DNA of 64,000 bases. Source: Acidobacteriota bacterium (GTDB taxonomy: Bacteria; Acidobacteriota; UBA6911; RPQK01; CBDAPI01). This document shows positions 60,392-64,000 of this stretch, in pieces. The stretch covers positions 554,363 through 618,362 of the forward strand of contig CBDCBX010000020.1 of assembly GCA_965214465.1 (NCBI GenBank), read 5' to 3'. The notes below the pieces were generated by a model. It had not been told where the DNA came from, did not search any database, and was given only the letters and a program-made list of their open reading frames with translations. Position 1 is the first letter of the stretch, and the number at the start of each line of letters is the position of its first letter. A program made the translations under genes and the position numbers.

Positions 60392-61549
60392 TCAGTCTCC
60401 CAGAAGATCCCGGATTCGCGTTCGGCCGGCTGGCTGCCCACCCCGCAGTAGAAGCAGATGGAGGCCGCCACCACCCGTTGACACCCGGCGCAATTCCTCG
60501 AAAAAAGCCAGTGGCTTCAGGCATTCCGGAGCCCAGACGCCGGGCTCAGCGAGGGCCCGGCGAAGCATAAGTAGTACTCCGGCGGCGGCCGGCACGCCGG
60601 TTGCCTCCTCCATCTTCATCTCCGAGCCAGCGGCAAAGCGGTATCCATCCCCATCAATCGTTACGTCGATTTGTAGTCCCGAGCCGTAGCGGACCGCCTC
60701 CACCTGATGGAGTTCCTCGAAAGAACAATATTGGCCGTACAAGGCCGCGTCGACGCCTTCCCGCTGCAGCGTCTTGAGGTCACATTGACGGGCGAGAGCC
60801 CAGCACAGATGAAGATACTCAGGGGGAGAGATCCCACCCTGGTTCGTGATCTGGCCGACACCAGTGAAGCGCGGCAAAGTCAGTGGCTCCGGATGTCCGA
60901 GCGTCAGGATGACTTGCCGCCCGACGGGGTCGGGAAACTGCAGGTGACGCGGCTTCAAATCGTCCCACTCCGGTACCTCCAAGACTCCCGGCAGCGCCGT
61001 CGCAAAGCAATGAATGACGTGGTCAAACGCGGCCCGGGTCATGTCCGCCCGATCCACCGTCCACGCCAATTCAACCGCTGCCCGCCGAGGATCTTCTAGG
61101 GCGTCCAGGGCGGTCCGGATCAGGATGTTGGTGGTGCCGGGAGCTGAGCCCATTCCAATCAGTGCCCGAATTCCCGCGGTGCGGGCTTCGGGCTCCAGAG
61201 CCAGAAGGAGCTCCGTAGTATCCACATCATCACAGATGTCCAGGTAGTCGGCTCCCAACTCGATCGCGAGTTCCAGAGCGGCGGTACCGATCACATAGAA
61301 GGGACCGGCCATGTTCACCAGCAGCGAAACGGTCCCACTTCTTGCCGTCAGCAACTCTCGCTCATCCGAGAGAACGTCCCCCGTTACGACTTCGACTCCG
61401 AGAGTCTCCATTTCCGCACGGACTTCTGGGCCCCAGGACAGGTCCACGGCTGTCAGGCCCGAGAGGTCCAGGGCCCGGGAGAGGTATTTCAGCATGGCCT
61501 GGGCCTGTGACCCGGCAGCACCCACAAGAACGATTCCGTTGGCTTCCAT
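60392..61549 (-). CDS. saccharopine-dehydrogenase-like NAD(P)-binding domain protein
   Basis: N-terminal IVLVGAAGSQAQAMLKYL Rossmann-like. Similar to the Sacchrp_dh_NADP family. 385 aa. Confidence 0.6.
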   Translation of the reverse strand: MEANGIVLVGAAGSQAQAMLKYLSRALDLSGLTAVDLSWGPEVRAEMETLGVEVVTGDVLSDERELLTARSGTVSLLVNMAGPFYVIGTAALELAIELGADYLDICDDVDTTELLLALEPEARTAGIRALIGMGSAPGTTNILIRTALDALEDPRRAAVELAWTVDRADMTRAAFDHVIHCFATALPGVLEVPEWDDLKPRHLQFPDPVGRQVILTLGHPEPLTLPRFTGVGQITNQGGISPPEYLHLCWALARQCDLKTLQREGVDAALYGQYCSFEELHQVEAVRYGSGLQIDVTIDGDGYRFAAGSEMKMEEATGVPAAAGVLLMLRRALAEPGVWAPECLKPLAFFEELRRVSTGGGGLHLLLLRGGQPAGRTRIRDLLGD

Positions 61550-61572
61550 GCTGACCGATCCTAGTAGTAAAA

Positions 61573-61860
61573 GTGAAAAGTCGCAAGCTGGAACTGCACC
61601 GGCTTCCCTCCGACCACTCGAATCCCATGATCTGGATCGCGGGCCACGTTCTGAACAGCCGCGCCGACCTGGCCCGCTACCTGAAAATCGAGGCCCACTG
61701 TCCCTGGAGTGAGTTGTTCGAACGCCACAGCCAGCTTCAGCCCGCTGCTGCCTATCCTGACGTAGAAGAGATTCTGGGGGTGCTGGAATACGACCAACCG
61801 GGCCCTGCGAATTGGGAGCGATCGGTTGAGCCCCGAAGAGTTGTCGGGACCGAGTCCTGA
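61573..61860 (+). CDS. hypothetical small protein
   Basis: 95 aa ORF divergent from 60392..61549. Alternative antisense ORF 61561..62064. Weak support. Confidence 0.25.
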   Translation: MKSRKLELHRLPSDHSNPMIWIAGHVLNSRADLARYLKIEAHCPWSELFERHSQLQPAAAYPDVEEILGVLEYDQPGPANWERSVEPRRVVGTES

Positions 61861-61915
61861 GTAGGTGGCTGGGGTATGAGGGGCTGGTGGGCTGACGCCG
61901 TTCCTCGTTCCGAGT

Positions 61916-63694
61916 TTAGTTGTGAAGTCGGAATTCGGACTCGGAGCTTTCTTTGTAGCCGTAGCGAACGGCCCGCGCCCGCTTTGGACTGCTGTTCGCC
62001 AACTCGATCGGTTCAGTGTAGAGCCTCCAGCGAGGTGTCTCACCCTCCTCGGTCGAGTAGGCAATGGACGCCCCTTCGGTGCGACAGGAGAGTGTGACTT
62101 TCATAGAACGGCCCAGCTCTCCTCCTGACGGGTGGATCGAGGGAGCGGCGGTTGCGGGTTGCTCCCCACCCGGCCACATCTGCTCCATCATCTCGTCCTC
62201 CGGTATGCGACCCATGTCTCCAACCTCGGTCCGCCACGCCTCCAGAGCCTGGCGGAGGCGCGCAAGGGTCTGCTGGTGCCCGGGGTCCTCGGCCAGGTTT
62301 TCGATTTCATGGGGGTCCGAGTACAAATCGTAAAGCTCTTGCGGCGGCTTTTGGGATCGGAACCAGAGCTGCTGCGGCCCTTCCAGACGGCCTTCTTGAT
62401 GCAGGCGCAGCAACTCCTGCATGAGAGGCATACGGTTCCGATAGCGGATGGTCTGGACATAGGGCTTCTCGGGCTGAAAGTGGAGGATATACTTGAAGCG
62501 CTCATCGCGGGCCGCACGCATCCTGTCGTAGGCCTCGTCCATTCGATCCCGGGCCGCGAAAACATACTCCCTGGCAGGACCGGCGGCAGCCCCCAGAAAG
62601 GCTTTGCCCTGTATGTGCTCGGGGATCTCCACCCCGGCCAGAGAGGGGACCGTGGGCGCAAAGTCGACGAAACTGACCAGCCGATCGGTGACGGAGCCCG
62701 GAGCGACTTCGCCGGGCCAGCGGACGAACATGGGAACGTGGAGCCCGGAATCGTACACCCATCTCTTGGCCCGGGGGAGTCCGTCTCCATGGTCGCTGAA
62801 AAAGAAAACGATGGTGTTGCCCGACAGGTCGTCCTCTGCCAGCTGCTCCAGAATTTGTCCCACCCAGATATCGACCCGAGTGATGTTGTCGTAGTGGCGG
62901 GCCAGGTCGGTCCTCACCACCGGAGTGTCCGGGTAGTAGGGGGGCACCTCGACCCGCGCCGGATCCAGGATTGGCTCTTCGTCCGGATTGGGCCAGACCC
63001 GGCTCTCATGGGTACGAGCGGAGTTGAAGACGGCAAAGAAAGGCTGGCCCGGTGCTCGACCACGCCAGTGGGCCGTCCGGCTGGACTCGTCCCAGGCCGT
63101 CAGCGGTGTTCCGAACTGGTAGTCGGTCTTGGCGTTGTTGGTGCAGTAGTATCCGGCCGCCCGAAGAGACTCGGTAAAGGTCTTCACATCCGGAGGGGGA
63201 ACCGCCAGATAGGGGCCCGGAAGACCGGGCCCCTGGTTGCTGGTACGCATGTGGTGGGTGCCAATAGAGATCGGGTAGGTCCCCGTGATCAGGGCCGAGC
63301 GGCTGGGAGCACACACCCCCGAAACGGAAAAAACACGGGTAAAGGTCATCCCTTCCGAAGCCAGCCGGGGGCTTAGATCCTCAACCGTGATCCAGAGGAT
63401 GTTGGGGCGGGTTGCGACGGCGGGGACGGGACCGGTAGTGAACAGGCAGTGAGTGCAAGCGCAAGAAGGTTCCGGCACCTCCGCACCTGTGGCCCGATGG
63501 CTCGTTTGCGGTCCCTCCCACTTTCCGATCTCAGATTGCACCGCCGCTTGCGTTACTGGCGAGACAGCCAGGGAATGATCATGGAGACTTTCTTCCGGTA
63601 GCTGCGCTAGGCCTCGCCGTCGAAGACCACGTGATTGACGAGTCCATAGACTACGGCGAAAACCCTGCCCATTTCCTATCCTTCTGGTTACCAT
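61916..63694 (-). CDS. sulfatase (arylsulfatase/formylglycine-dependent family)
   Basis: RPNILWITVEDL...SGVCAPSRSALITGTYP: the C-x-P-x-R formylglycine motif. The N-terminal roughly 90 aa of the ORF are atypical, so the true start is probably internal (no convincing signal peptide seen). Confidence 0.75.
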   Translation of the reverse strand: MVTRRIGNGQGFRRSLWTRQSRGLRRRGLAQLPEESLHDHSLAVSPVTQAAVQSEIGKWEGPQTSHRATGAEVPEPSCACTHCLFTTGPVPAVATRPNILWITVEDLSPRLASEGMTFTRVFSVSGVCAPSRSALITGTYPISIGTHHMRTSNQGPGLPGPYLAVPPPDVKTFTESLRAAGYYCTNNAKTDYQFGTPLTAWDESSRTAHWRGRAPGQPFFAVFNSARTHESRVWPNPDEEPILDPARVEVPPYYPDTPVVRTDLARHYDNITRVDIWVGQILEQLAEDDLSGNTIVFFFSDHGDGLPRAKRWVYDSGLHVPMFVRWPGEVAPGSVTDRLVSFVDFAPTVPSLAGVEIPEHIQGKAFLGAAAGPAREYVFAARDRMDEAYDRMRAARDERFKYILHFQPEKPYVQTIRYRNRMPLMQELLRLHQEGRLEGPQQLWFRSQKPPQELYDLYSDPHEIENLAEDPGHQQTLARLRQALEAWRTEVGDMGRIPEDEMMEQMWPGGEQPATAAPSIHPSGGELGRSMKVTLSCRTEGASIAYSTEEGETPRWRLYTEPIELANSSPKRARAVRYGYKESSESEFRLHN

Positions 63695-64000
63695 GGGTGA
63701 ACACCGATAAGTCCAAGGAGAAAGGCTCCCGGTCCCCGCAGGAGGTTACTCAGAGGGCAGGACTATGTTGAAAGGGTCACCAACAATTAAGTAATGGAGA
63801 AAGAATAACCCCGGGCGGAGGCTTACGCAACGTCCGATTCACACCATGCTATCGCCTTACATTTTTGAAGACACACTCCCTTCTGGTTTAGAGTTGCCAG
63901 AAACAACACGGGGGAAAACGTTCTGGAGGGCAAGATGCGTAATGGAGCCGGGTGGCCGAAGTACCTGTTGATACCGGCACTGGCCGGTTTATTCTCAACC

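Overview
High-GC bacterial chromosomal segment, with coding on both strands. The PSCyt/DUF1549/DUF1553/DUF1501 genes, PD40-amidohydrolase, sulfatase and TonB receptor suggest an Acidobacteria- or Planctomycetes/Verrucomicrobia-like organism (inference). The backbone genes are gltB(3' end)-gltD, a YfhO-like membrane protein, an amidohydrolase, a TonB-dependent receptor, a carbamoyltransferase, two SSS transporters, two tandem S41 peptidases, a PQQ beta-propeller protein, a MOSC protein, an FAD oxidoreductase, a PD40-amidohydrolase, a ceramidase-like hydrolase, an FG-GAP lipoprotein, a TPR protein, an acyl-CoA dehydrogenase with APH-like kinase and SDR, a saccharopine-DH-like protein and a sulfatase. 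About 10-28 kb and 56-58 kb are strongly accessory. A class-C-like group II intron lies immediately after a two-hairpin terminator-like repeat, and its RT-maturase ORF is split by a complete IS21-family element. A VapBC pair lies between two copies of that repeat. There is an IS481/ISNCY-like element with 46-bp inverted repeats. A 4.8-kb island (MazEF, IclR, HpcH aldolase, IS5/IS1182-like IS) is bracketed by about 140-bp direct repeats that duplicate the 5' end of a hypothetical gene. An IS1380-like element with a frameshifted transposase splits the acyl-CoA dehydrogenase. Gene decay is unusually dense: in-frame TGA and TAA stops in two otherwise intact genes, a frameshifted membrane protein, a 5'-truncated M20 peptidase, and truncated or chimeric DUF1549/DUF1553/DUF1501 genes. 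There are also IS256 and RT fragments and a solo IS end. Several small repeat families were seen: a REP-like element in two inverted copies, a GGTTCTGG tandem motif after stop codons, and a heptamer microsatellite. No rRNA, tRNA or CRISPR was recognised. I could not identify a convincing novel multi-gene system such as a defence operon; the nested, layered mobile-element architecture and the pseudogene pattern are the most unusual things I can support.
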